Notes under the pieces: model-generated | Database searches by the model: none | What the model was told of the DNA's origin: nothing | The model's input: only the letters and a program-made list of their open reading frames with translations | Translations under genes and position numbers: made by a program | Part shown: positions 34,852 to 47,231 of the stretch, one piece after another | How positions within the stretch are numbered: the first letter of the stretch is position 1 | Layout: each line of letters starts with the position of its first letter | NCBI RefSeq assembly: GCF_001447785.1 | Contig: NW_015170314.1 | Span: 296,965 to 360,964 of the forward strand | DNA from: Gekko japonicus | Taxonomy: Eukaryota | Length of the DNA stretch: 64,000 nucleotides | Reading direction: 5' to 3'

Positions 34852-35418
34852 TAGTTACAAGAATGGGCACAGTAATAAGACCAATGAAAAAAAGGAAAAA
34901 GAACTGTGACAATTTAGCGCTTGTTAATATATTCATAAATCATAATATACAATAACAGAAAATAAGTAATATATATAGTGAGTGTAGACGGTGGTCTCCG
35001 GAATGGTGTGCCGTTTCGACAATGATCTTCTTCTGAACAAGGATGCGTACATAAACTGTCTTTCAACAATTCATTTCTCTTGGTGACGTATTGAAAATAT
35101 ACTGTTGATTCACTTCATCATAAAGCTATGCTTATGGCTATGTTCTTCAATGGGCAGGCATTCAGCAATTATAGCCCACTGAAGTACATAGCCGTAAGCA
35201 TAGCTTTATGATGAAGTGAGTCAACAGTATATTTTCAATACGTCACCAAGAGAAATGAATCCTTGTTCAGAAGAAGATCATTGTCGAAACGGCACACCAT
35301 TCCGGAGACCACCGTCTACATTCACTATATATATTACTTATTTTCTGTTATTGTATATTATGATTTATGAATATATTACCAGGCGCTAAATTGTCACAGT
35401 TCTTTTTCCTTTCTTCAA
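34852..35418. mobile_element. Large foldback insertion, probably Penelope-like
   Basis: About 245-bp inverted arms, 18-nt loop, 16-bp flanking direct repeat, hammerhead-like motif. Confidence 0.7.
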
Positions 35419-36392
35419 AGTTCTCAGTAAAGAACATACTGTCGATATGCTTGCAGAGCTACAATGCTACGACCTTCCGTTATCCCCAAAGCTCAGAACT
35501 GCATGTGTTTCGATCAGTCTCCACCCACCAGAGTAGGACCCCTTAATCAAAGCCAGGGTTAGCCACACCTCTCAGTGTTCCCTCTAAGCTGAGCTAGTGT
35601 GAGCCAGCTCACAGTTTTTTAGCCTCCAGCTCAGTTTTTTTGTCTTAGCTCAGGAAGGAGGGCTCCAGAGCAGGCTAATTTATGCAGGAGCCCAATCGCT
35701 CGCTCACAGCTTTAATGCCGGTAGCTCGCAAAGTAGAATTTCTGCTCACAAGATTCCACAGCTTAGAGGGAACACTTTTCCCTGCTGTCCCCTTTAGGAG
35801 GATCCTGCATTGAGCAAGGGTGGGTGGGACTAGATAAGATGGCCAGTCTGGCTCCTTCCAGCTCTATGATTCTATCTACCACTGTATGCTCAGGCAAGAG
35901 GGATGCCTGGGAAACGCGGCCACTTGCGGCTCAGCTCGATGGTGGCGCCTCACTGATGGCTGGAGGAGTTTGTGGTGTTTCTCCATTATTTATTGCAATT
36001 AGATTTTTTTTTACATATTGGCCATTAAAAATAGTTAGATTTTTAAAACAAAACAAAACAAAACAAAACAAAAACGGACAGGGGCCCTAAAGCCGCCAAG
36101 TTCCCTCCTGAGCCGCTCTCAAGAGTATCGCTTGATCATTAAGGGTTCGCATAGTCATCATGAATACACGGTGATTTGGCTGGAATCCGGGGGTGGGCAA
36201 ATGCGCCCTGGGCAGGAGCCGCTTTCTTTCCACGGCTCCTTTCAGGCCAGGGGGAGACAGAAGGCTGCCCCCTGCGAGATACCAAGGTCTGCAGAGCCCC
36301 TTTGGACCTCGGTTGACTCCACAAGGACGGCATTTGGAAGACGGCCCTGTCCTCTCGCAGAAGAAGCACACGCGCAAGCTGCTCCCTTTTCA

Positions 36393-36894
36393 TCAATCCT
36401 CATCGGAACTGTCCTCTGAATTCTCATCAGCCGCCACTTTCCAGTTTTTCCTCTTGCTGCGTTTCTCCGGCACTCCTTCGCCACCTTTCTCCGAGGTGGA
36501 AGCACAGCGTTTCCTCCGTTTCTTCTTCGGCTGCTTCTCCGGCTTTCCCTTCAGCTCGCTGTCCTCGGAGCCGCTGGAGTCACTGTCCTGCCCTGAGGAG
36601 GAGGTTGGCGGCTTGGCCGGGTTCTTCTTGGCCTTCTTGTGGCGCTGCCGCCTCTGCTTCCCTGAGCCCAAAGCGCCTCCCTCCAAACAGTCAGATCCCT
36701 GGGAAGAGTCTGAGGCCGTGCCCGGCGGCTCCCTTTTCTTCTTCTTCCGCTTCTTGTGCGACTTCTTCTTCCGCTTCTTCTTGTGCGACTTTTTGGCCTT
36801 TTTCTTTTTGTGCGGCTCCGGAGAGGACCGCCTCCTGGGCTGAGATTTCCTTTTTCCGTTTAGGGAATTCTGTTCGCTTCGCTCCCGTTGATCA
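36393..36894 (-). CDS. NKAPD1: NKAP domain containing 1 (C11orf57), terminal coding exon
   Basis: Acceptor taaacAG|TGATCAA; Lys/Arg/Ser-rich low-complexity tail ending ...NSEDSSDED*; AATAAA on the minus strand at 35989-35994. Confidence 0.93.
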
Positions 36895-37105
36895 CTGTTT
36901 AGCAAATAAAAATAATAAAAGCTTTGAGCATACTGAATGAGAAAAATTACATTCTCAAGCAGGAGCGGGCCAGAGAGTGTAAAAGGGAAACGTCTGGTGG
37001 GCTGGCAAACCAAAAGGGAAGGGGAGGGGAAGAGAGGCGAGGGCTGCACTTGGCCAGACACACGAGGAGCAGGCTGAGTTCCAGTGGTGCGGCCAACATC
37101 TAGAC

Positions 37106-37523
37106 CAGGGGTGTCAAACATGTGGCCTGGGGGCCGGATTAGGCCCCCGGAGGGCTTTCATCAGGCCCGCAGTAGAACCGGCCATCTACTGCTTCCAGTT
37201 CTGCTGCTCCTGCATCATAGCTTGCTTTGCCAGACTTAATCATTCAGCCATTCCATGTTTTAACCTTGGTCCTAGACTCAGAACTCTGAGCATGAGATTT
37301 CTGCGGTGAATGTCAATGAATCAAAAGTAGGTTTGCAGCTTACAGAGCTAATGTTTTAGGCATGTTTTTATTATAAGTAAAAAGAAAATCTTTGTGTTTG
37401 TGTCCTTTATAAAGTTTATATCTCCGGTACCTGGCATTACATTTTATGACATGAATGGCCCGGCCCAACAAAGTCTGGTTTGTGTCAGATCCAGCCCTCA
37501 TAACAAATGAGTTCAACATTCCT
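37106..37523 (+). mobile_element. hAT-type MITE (CAGGGGTGTCAAAC ends)
   Basis: TSD ATCTAGAC/ATCTAGGC; related partial copy at ~3217-3580. Confidence 0.75.
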
Positions 37524-38070
37524 GATCTAGGCAGGTCAGAGAGGCAGCGAGAGGCGTTGCCTTCTCCCATGCCAACAGCCTCAGCGCTTGGGATACTTCA
37601 AGCGGATACCTGGAAAGGAGACAGGTGGCCAAATTGTGGCTCGGGAGCCGCATACGGCTCTTTTACACATAGTGTGCGGCTCCCGGCAGGGCGGCTGGGG
37701 AAGCTAAGTATCATTAGCAAACAAATATCATTATCAATATCTGCTTTTACCGCTTTCGTTATTATTTCTGGCAGTCTCATTTAATGTTAATAAAAAGCAA
37801 ATTTGCACATTTCCCAGTCAAAACATGTAATATTTGGTCATGTCTTGCGGCGATGCAACGAACATGAAATTAAGCAAACTCCGGGGCACGACGGAAGACA
37901 GGAGGGCCTGGCGTGATGCAGCCCACGGGGTCGCAAAGAGTCAGACTTGACTGTGCGAGTGAACAACAACAAACAACAACTTGCGGCTCTCAAATATCTG
38001 ACGTTTATTATATGTGGCTCTTACGTTAAGCAAGTTTGGCCACCCCTGTTCTAACTGAACTGGGCAGAAG

Positions 38071-38672
38071 TAGAGATGTAAAATTTCTGGAAATTTTGAA
38101 GCTCGGAAAAAATCCGGGGTTTTTTTGGGAGGGAAATGGAAATTTTTGGAAAAATTGAAAAAAAATGCTACATTAGCCCTTCTTTTTTCCTTTTCAAATT
38201 GAAAGTCATTCTGTTACTTTAGGAACATAAAATATGACTATGGACATTTTTATTTGGCATGAAATTATCACAACTAGCATATTAAAAATATAGTGTATCC
38301 AAACAGTTATTACAAACAGAATACCCACCCACATGCAAAAACAAAACTGAAATCTTTTTCTTTTCTTGTGACAACAGCACCTCCTAAAGGAAGAAATGCA
38401 TCTTGTTCTTGCATCGGAGAGTTCAGTTTGTAACCTAGGACTTGCTTGTCCTCAGTGCACAGAGGTTAGATCAATCTGATACCATACATATTTTTTAGAA
38501 ATGATTTGGAAAATATTTGAACACCTTGTCTTAAAATATTCTATTCATCATGTTAAAATAAAATGTTCCATAATCAATTTTTTTCTTTCCTTTTTTCAAT
38601 TTTTCAGAAAAAAAAAGGCTTCAAGGGAAAAATGGGGGGGAAACGGGTTTTTTTCGGGCCTTCACATCTCTA
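38071..38672 (+). mobile_element. hAT-type non-autonomous element family B (about 600 bp)
   Basis: TIRs TAGAGATGT(A/G)AA; perfect 8-bp TSD GGCAGAAG. Confidence 0.92.
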
Positions 38673-39645
38673 GGCAGAAGCCCATCCTAGAGAGCAAAAC
38701 GGCGCCACCTGCTGCTGCTGTTTGCCACATGCCCCACCTGTTCTAAATCCTTGTTATGATGCTGCTCAGACTTCTGAGTGCTCCTTGGGCTTAGACTCCT
38801 GCACTGCGAGTTAATTCAATTCATCTTTCGGACATGGCTCAGTTCTCAACAACTCGTCATGTAGCACAGAATTTATTTATTTGATTTATACCCCGCCCTC
38901 CCAACGGCTCAGGGCGGCTTACATATGGCAAAGCCAAAGCAAAATACAATAAAACATATGATAAGCTACATATTTAAAACACAATAAAACCATCCTATTT
39001 ACACGGTGCTGAGCCTATATTTAATCTTCCAAGATGGGAACAACCACCCGAATTTGATGGCCAGCTCTCTCGGCAAAACGGTCTCCTGCTACGCTGTTCT
39101 GCCAGGCCGGGCCAGTCCCCCTTTAACAGGGCTGGCGGAAGAGCTCCGTCTTACAGGCCCTGCGGAACTGCATAAGTTCCCACAGGGCCCGGATCCTGAA
39201 TGCCTGCGCCAAAACCGCCAGTGACAGAGAAAGGCATGAGGCCATTTGAGTGTCCCCCACCCAACACCAGCAGCCTCTCCCCCTCACTTCTCAAATGATA
39301 CACCCTTCCATAGGAATGTTTCATTTCGTACGGAAAAGACTACCTTAGGGGCTATCCACCATACTAACGTTAAACACAGGTATGAGATTCCTTTGCTTCG
39401 ACCTGGATAGCCCTGGATAGCCCGATCTCATCAGATCTTTGGAGCTTAGCAGGGTCAGCCCCAGTTAGTATTTGGAAGGGAGACACAGCCCCCCCCCCCC
39501 CCCCCGAAAACCCGGAGACAGACCGCGCAATGGCAAACTGCCTCTGAACGTCTCTTGCCCTGAAAACCCTACAGGGTCGCCAGAAGTCAGCTATGACTCA
39601 AAGGCAAGAAAGAAAAAGATTTCTTTAGTCGCTTATTTGCTTTAC

Positions 39646-39699
39646 CTGTCCGTATCAAATTCTTCGGGATACAATTCTTTGTAGCCGCTGTGGCCCCAC
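39646..39699 (-). CDS. NKAPD1: NKAPD1 internal exon
   Basis: 54 bp, tttcAG|G...AG|GTAAAG; (R)[17 protein letters not shown](S), the conserved NKAPD1 motif. Confidence 0.95.
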
Positions 39700-41495
39700 C
39701 TGAAAGACAGCAACAAGCCACTGAAAAAATGGTCTCACGCACAAGCGGTACAAAAACCGAGCCAGGCTGCACCATCCGTGGAATCACGTGACCTGGTCCC
39801 TGCTGGGCTGTACCACTTCTGGCGGCAGAAGAGGGGGATCGTAGGTATAAATGCGTCTCTACGGATTTGCTGGGAAGGTGACAAGCAGCAAAGTGTCTTA
39901 TCAAACACTGCAAATTTAGAGAGCAACGGAAATAACAACAGTTCCTGGTGTACCCTCTGATCTCCAGCTGAAATGACATCTAACTGCGTCTGCTCACATT
40001 AACAAAGACTACTGCAATGCACTTTACGTGGGTCTTCCCTCAAAAATCAATTTGAAAACTGCAGCTGGTGCAGAACGCCCCGGCTCGGCTATTATTGGGA
40101 ACTTGACAGCATACACGCGACTCCCATTCTGCAAACGCTTCGCTGGCTGCCCGTTTCTTGCTGGGCTCAGTTTAAGGTATGCCGGCCACATGACCACGGA
40201 AACTACTTCGGACAGCGCTGGCTCTTCGGCTTTGAAACGGAGATGAGCACCGCAACCGTAGAGTCGGATTCGACTGGCTTTCGAGCAAGGGAACCTTTAT
40301 CTTTACCTATCGCACGCAAAGCCATTCATAGCCTTTGTCCCTGTTACCTGCAGGACCACCACTCCCCCCGTGCTCCCCCACCACACCTTCATTCACCTCA
40401 GCGGGGGCTTCTGCAGGTGCCACCCTGCAAATGGGCAAAGCCAACAACTGCTCGTACGCGTGGCCTTCTCCATTGTGGCCCCCACCTTGTGGAACAGCCT
40501 ACCTGGGGAGGTCAGGAAAGCTCCCACTCTCCTGGCTTTCCGCAAACTATGCAAAAACTGGGGCTTTTCTGCAGATAACAGGGTTGCACGGTACAAAATG
40601 GTTCACAAGCTCACTTGGATGAATGAAGATAGATCAAGATGGGTAGCCATGTTAGCCTGTCTGTAGTAGCAGAAAAGAGACCAGTAGCACCTTATAGACT
40701 AACAGAATTTGTGGCAGGGGAGGAGCTTTCGCGAGTCACTGTATCGGAAGCGGTGAGCAGTGACTCACGAAAGCTCCTCCCCCGCCTCATATTTTGTTAG
40801 TCTTTAAGGTGCTTCTGGACTCTGGCTCTTTTCTACTGCTACTGGGTAAATGCTTAGGAACTGTGGTCTATACTGCTCTGTACAGCTTTCTGTCAGTAGG
40901 ATCCTATTGTGAAATTTTTGCATGGCTTAACGTGTCCTGTTCATACTTGTGCTACGCTTCAGTTCTTTCTGGTTGGTTCCAGAGTGTTCCCTCTAAGCTG
41001 AGTTAGTGTGAGCTAGCTCACCGTTTTTTAGCCTCTGGCTCACGTTTTTGCCTCCGCTCAGGAAGGAGGGCTCCAGAGCAAACTGATTTATGCAGCAGCC
41101 AAATCGCTCGCTCACAACTCTAATGCCAGCAGCTCACAAAGTAGAATTTTGGCTCAGAAGACTCCACAGCTTAGAGGGAGCATTGTTCCAGACTTCTACA
41201 GTCCTAGGTTACTGAATGTCCCATTTTGTTGACTGTACTGACTTGCTCTGTGTAAGCCGCCTTGAGCTCCTGTGAGAAAGGCGGACGATCAGTAACATAA
41301 ATAAACGGATACATTTATTCCTTGTCATCCTGGCCTTCGTCTTTCCTCCCCCGGCCTGCATTTCCCCGATCAAAACTGACATTTAGACTGTACGTTCTGT
41401 GAGGCAGGGACCTTCCTGTTTAACTTAGTTTGGTCTATAAGAGGCCTGATCCTGCGATGGTGCTGTAGATACCCTAGGAACAGCAGCTTCCCGAC

Positions 41496-41654
41496 CTGTC
41501 CGGCATGCTGGCTTCACATTCGTAGAGTTTCTTGTTCCAGTATCGGGCGTGGCGGAGGTCATCTTCTGTCGTCACTGAGACAGGAGCAACATTCCTCACC
41601 TTCCAGTCGTGGTGCTGGCTGTCCTCATCAAAGCCATCACTACGCATCCGGCTA
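41496..41654 (-). CDS. NKAPD1: NKAPD1 internal exon
   Basis: 159 bp; SRMRSDGFDEDSQHHDWK...YWNKKLYECEASMPD(R); tandem CAGTAG acceptor; donor GTCGGG. Confidence 0.92.
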
Positions 41655-41839
41655 CTGTGCAGAGATAATGCGAGAAACTTTTAAAATAGGACTGCAAAGG
41701 AAATTAGTGTTCTGTGGAAGGAACTACATGCCAAAGGCAAGAAACAACTCTGCCAATGTTGGGAAGGAAGCCAAAAGAGACCAAGTTCTAAGCACAATTC
41801 CCCGCTTGCCTTCTCCGAAACACAGAGACATCAATCGGT

Positions 41840-42480
41840 TTCTTAGCAAGGGTTGCCCTGTGTTAGATATTCTAAGTTCAAAGCAGCCAGAAGGTCAAGG
41901 TTGTTTTTACCGATTCTGGCATTAAAATCACCAAGTTCTAATTGTCCAAGATATGAAGCCAAACGGTCCCAAAGAGAACATAGGGACGGTTTATCAGGCA
42001 TAGGAGGTAAATAGACATTAACAGCAATAAAAACAAAATCCTGAAGGCTAAAATGAAAAGCATGGGCAATAGGGTTACAAGCAGGTAATTCCGACAATTT
42101 AAATTTGGAATTTTGGGGAAACAAAAGGCTTGGAAATGAACCCGAGGATTGCTCTTGAACCCGGGTAGGAAGTGTGTTGAGAATCCTTCGAGGAAGATTG
42201 TAGATTCTGTCCAAGTTTCTTGGAGAAAAATTATCTTGAATTGCTTTAGATAGGAGCAAAAGTCATGATCCGATTTCTTACTACCCCATCCAGCTATATT
42301 CCACGATAACGACTTCACGGTTGAGGCCTGAGGTTTCGTTAGATAATGTAACTCTGCGTGCAAGAGGATCAGGCAGGGAAAGGGTTACGAGAATTCTCTC
42401 TCTCACTCTTTCTCTCGCTCTCCTGGGCTTGGAGGTGTAGCAAGTTAAACTTTTTGAACTTAATCTCTTCACAATAACTT
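41840..42480 (-). mobile_element. LINE APE-endonuclease N-terminal fragment
   Basis: LSWNIAGW...IIFLQETW is the typical start of an APE domain. Related C-terminal/3' pieces lie at ~18030-18520 and ~44130-45240. Confidence 0.75.
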
Positions 42481-43511
42481 AAATGTACCTACATGAATAC
42501 GTCATGTAGAAGAACAAGAAGAAGAGGAAATTGGATTTATACCCCGCCCTTCACTACTCAAAGGAGTCTCAGAGCAGCTTACAAACTCCTTCCCCTTCCC
42601 CTCCCCACAACAGACACCTTGTGAGGTTGGTGGGCTGAGAGAGCTCTTGACAGAAACTGCTCTTTTTCAAGGACAGCTGTGCCAGGACTATGGCTTGTCC
42701 AAGGTCATCCAGCCGGGTGCAAGTGGAGGAACGGGGAATCAAACCCGTTTCTCCCAGATTAGAGTCCGCGCACTTAACCACAACACCAAACTGGCTCTTT
42801 GCTTATGACTTATGGGTCTATGAGCAATAAAAATGAATGGAATGGAATGGGCTCATATGGGGAGAGAACTATGGCTAGAGGAGAAAATGCTGTTCAAACA
42901 AATTGGTAACAAGAGAAAGAAATTTTACTTACAAAAACAGAAGCACATTTTACATGCCAGTTTGGTGTCGTGGTTAAGTGCGCAGACTCTGATCTGGGAG
43001 AACCGGGTTTGATTCCCCACTCCTCCACTCGCAGCTGCTGGATGACCTTGGGCAAGCCATAGTTCTGTCAGAGCTGTTCTTGAAAAAGAGCAGTTTCTGT
43101 CAGAGCTCTCTCAGTCCCACCTACCTCCGTTGTGGGGTGGGGAAGGGAAAGGAGTTTGTAAGCCGCTCTGAGACTCCTTTGGGTAGTGAAGGGCGGGGTG
43201 TAAATCCAATCTCTTCTCTTCTTCCCTTCCTGTTGGTCTCAAGAACTATCCTAGCTGTGGAATGTGTTGAGCCACTAAAAGGCCCGAAGACTGACTGGAA
43301 AGGAGAAAACAAATTCTCTTTCCCTGACTCTCAAAATCTGAATGGTTCAGGCATAGCCCTCTGAGCAGGGTATGTAGCCCTAACAAAGAAGCAAGAGTCA
43401 AGGCCCAAAGAGGGGAAAATAGGAATTTCCATTCTGCTGCTAGAGAGAAAGATCTGGTAATACCTGAAAGCAGAGAAAGGCAATTAAAGGCGAAGTGGAA
43501 CAAAATCTCAC

Positions 43512-43612
43512 CTGGAAGAATTGGAAAGCAAACTCTTCTGCTTGCCCCGATACACCTCTTCTGTCTGCTTTTCCATCTCTCGTATTTTCCACATTTCTGA
43601 CTCTTCCTGAAT
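43512..43612 (-). CDS. NKAPD1: NKAPD1 internal exon
   Basis: 101 bp, tctcAG|ATT...CCAG|GTGAG; IQEESEMWKIREMEKQTEEVYRGKQKSLLSNSS. Confidence 0.95.
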
Positions 43613-45702
43613 CTGAGAAACATTAAGAAATGCACTCAAAGCAACATTTCTATAGGAATGGTGCACATCAAATCTCAGCTGAATGTTTTATTTATTTATT
43701 GGATTTATAGCCCGCCCGCCCTTTAACGGGCTCAGGGTGGGTTCCAAAAGTAAAAGATACAACACAACTAAAACCATTTAAAAACACAATATAAAATAAC
43801 ATAATTCATATGTGTCATACAACTCTAGTAAAAGCCAGATACCTCAGTGGTTGATAACATTAAAATTAGGTTTTTAGATTGAAGATCTTTAAAATTTAGA
43901 GTCTCAAGTCCTGGCGGAAGAGCTCCGTCTTACAGGCCCCGCGGAATTGTAATAAATCCCGCAGGGTCCTGATCTCACTTGGGAGCTCATTCCGCCAGGC
44001 AGGGGCCAGGGCCGAAAAAGACCTGGCCCTGGTTGATGCAAGTCGGACGTCCCTGGGGCCAGGGACCACCAAAAGATGTTGGTTGGTGGACCTTAGTGCT
44101 CTATGAGGCTCATACGGGGCGGGCAGATTCCAAGGGACTCCTTAGTCAGAACGACTTTGTAATTGTAATTCAGGTGATTTGGACACGATTTGGCATTGTG
44201 ACGACCCCTTAACTGCGGAGGTCTGGGTTTACTTTAAAATGTTCTTTCTGTTTTGTTTTTACTCTATATATACGGCTGCCACCAAGAAATTTCTCTATTT
44301 CTGGGTAGGTATGTCGAGGGTTTTAGGCGTTCGAGGTACTATGTGTTTCCTGGGAAGAATTTCTTTCAGAGTGGGTATTTTTAAATGAAAGAGGATTTAT
44401 TGAAGTAATTCACAAATAAAAGATTAACTCATTGTAACCAGAAAGGCTTAAATACTGAACAACTGCTTGGTGTAGCCCACACTTTTCCCTCTTACTGACA
44501 GGGATCTGGGCATGTCACTTTGTAACAATATTTTCCTTAGGCCATATAAGTTTACTGTTTCTTATACATTCAACTTCAGCTTATAACTGTTTCAACACAG
44601 ACGGCTTCTCTCACAGACTTCAGAACTTAACAACCCACAAATAACCTTCTGCGCGAAAGCAAATTAAATTTAGTGTTTTACACTTAGATAAATGGAGCAC
44701 AAGTTGCCGAGCTCGACTGGTTTGTTCTTTGTATTATTTAGGTCTTCCAATTCCGGAATCTTTGTCCTCTTGCTGTAAATCTTTGATGGTCCCCAATATA
44801 GAATATTGTTTTCCAAGGCAAGATTAAATGTTTTGACTCTTGGGGAATTAGCGAGCAGATTCCTAGGGACTCCTTTTTCAGAATGACTTTGTAATTGTAA
44901 TTCAGGTGATTTGGATACAATTTGGCACTTTTTCATTGATTGCAGAAAATACGATATGGCTCGTGACAGATGGATCTCAGTGTATATTCAAAAATGGAGC
45001 CCTGCTACTTATCAGGAACTCGTAGCTAATCTCTTAGCTGATACTGATCCAAATGTGACGCTGGCAGTGGCAAGGTTTTTATCTGTAACCCTGGGTAGTA
45101 TTAAATGAATTGACTCTTTTAGGCAGTTAATATATATTTGGTAACCAAATTGATTAATTTTGTGAACTTGTAACTGTAATTGTAATGTACTGTATGTATA
45201 TATGTTGTATTTTGTATTATACCCTGTCTATTTGAAGAAGAAGAGAAGAGATTGGATTTATACCCCGCTCTTCACTACCCAAAGGAGTCTCAGAGCGGCT
45301 TGCAATCTCCTTTCCCTTCCCCTCCCCACAACAGACATCGTGAGGTAGGCGGGGCTGAGAGAGCTCTGAGAGAAACTGCTCTTTTTCAAGGACAGCTGTG
45401 CCAGAACTATGGCTTGCCCAAGGTCATCCAGCCGGGTGCAAGTGGAGGAGTGGGGAATCAAACCCGTTTTTTTCCCCAGATTTGAGTCTGCGCACTTAAC
45501 TACTACACCAAACTGGCTCTTTGCTTATGACTTATGGGTCTATGAGCAATAAAAATGAATGGAATGGAATGGGCTCATATGGGGAGAGGCGGTCCCGTAG
45601 GTATGCTGGCCCCTGGCGGTATAGGGCTTTGAAGGTAAGCACCAGCACCTTGAAATGGATCCGGAATTCGATAGGCAGCCTAGACAGAATTGTGGACAGC
45701 CT

Positions 45703-46002
45703 TTTTTTAAAAAAGTTTTTTTTTTAATTATTTAAAAATATGAAAAATTTACATTAAAAATAACTTCAACAATCCCCCGGGTTCTCCTCACCCCCCCATA
45801 ATTAAAAAAAGGTTCATATAAGCAACTTTATAAAACAACAAGGATCTAACTGAATAAATTACTATAACTACACTCCACAGAACAGACTGTAGACCTAACA
45901 TGAGGCTAATCAGAGATTTATCAGGTCCAAATTATCAGCCGTAGCGGGAATCACAGCTTGCGACTTCAGGTAGTCTAGGATTGGTGCCCAAGTATGAAAC
46001 AC
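45703..46002 (-). mobile_element. Short LINE (L1-like) 3' end with poly(A) tail
   Basis: 16-bp TSD GAATTGTGGACAGCCT (45687-45702, 46003-46018); T-rich start on the plus strand. Confidence 0.75.
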
Positions 46003-46044
46003 GAATTGTGGACAGCCTAGACAGTGAGGCACTCTGCTCCGTAC

Positions 46045-46113
46045 CTTGTTATGTGCATCAGTGTGACGAATGACATTTCGCAGGAGGACCTTCCCCAAAG
46101 GGACCCGGGACAT
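46045..46113 (-). CDS. NKAPD1: NKAPD1 first coding exon
   Basis: [23 protein letters not shown]|GTACGG, near-identical to the vertebrate NKAPD1 N-terminus. The five exons sum to 885 nt (294 aa + stop). Confidence 0.96.
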
Positions 46114-46834
46114 ACTTCGACCTTAGATAATAACAAAAACAAACATCCAGTAAGATCAGTAAATGACAGCACAAGCTATTGCCTAAATTGGAAAATATTC
46201 CTGTTAGGAGCCAGAGGAGGAAAACGATTCAATGGCTGTCTGAAGAAGAAATCTGAAGAAATCCTATCTAAAGCAATGACAAAATTCACCACCAATTCTC
46301 AGAGCACCATCTTGTCTGCAGGGGGGGGGGGGGGACATTAGGCAGCAAGCAGTATCTATGCTGGGAGTAGCCTTTTACATTCCCGACTTTCAAAAGCAAC
46401 AACCTTACATGTAAAGAACAGGGTATGCAATTGGAGTCAAAATACCAAAGATAAAATAATACTGTTTCTCGGATTCATCATTCACAGCTGCCTTTTTAAA
46501 ACTAGATCACCCTCGTTACCCACAGCTAATCAGGGATCCCTGGAAGAAATCTCTTCACACCTTCTTTGCAAATGCTGATTTCCCTTATCGTGCTGCTGAA
46601 GTGAAGAAAGGGAGCCAAACTCAAAGAAACAAGCCACTGCAAGCCCAGTGAATGCCAATTAGTCACTTTTGAACAAACCATAGTTCTACCTGTAAAGCTC
46701 ATGCTTATCTTTTAAGGTATACCAAGATTTTTCACTTTTAAGTAACTGTACAGAAGTAGGTAACAGACTAATTGCTACCATTCTGGTATTCACTGCCACA
46801 GGAGGTGGTGGCGGCTACAAGCATGGACGGCTTC

Positions 46835-47231
46835 TTTCAAGTTTTTTTCAGTGCTCTCCAGCCGGTCGTATAGAGGTTTAAACAGCGTTGCGATGTGGTC
46901 TGTGAACGTCTGTTCGATCTTGATTAGAGCAGCAGTTAAATCGGCCGATGTAACTGGTACCGGGGCTTCAGCTGCGGAACTTTCCGTCGCCATTTTGGGT
47001 AGTCGCTGCGTCCGCGGGCCCAAGGCTTGCGTTGGAGTTTTTGTCTCCGTTTCAGTTGTCAGCGTTTTTAATTTCTTCAGGTTTTGTTGTGCGTTTGTTC
47101 GGTTGTTCGTCTCCATAAAAATAGTAGTGTAATTATTCTTTAAGGTCGATATGGGGGTCGGTGAGAGGTAGGGTTTGCGGGAGAAGAAAGACTAAGCAGC
47201 CATCTTCTTTTTCCCGCCACCGGAAGTCCCC
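46835..47231 (-). mobile_element. L1 5'UTR plus ORF1 start, inserted in a CR1 3' fragment
   Basis: 14-bp TSD GCATGGACGGCTTC; begins GGGGACTTCCGG...AAGATGGC; ORF from 47116 has coiled-coil-like ORF1 sequence. Confidence 0.8.

Noticed and set aside
36193-36843. 216-aa Phe-rich plus-strand ORF
   Set aside because: Antisense shadow of the Lys-rich NKAPD1 exon.
36895-37121. N-terminal part of the 242-aa ORF
   Set aside because: Intronic read-through starting in a MITE; the real exon begins at 36894.
39403-39490. 5S rRNA gene
   Set aside because: Partial and diverged, with an RTE-like tail; it is a 5S-derived SINE.
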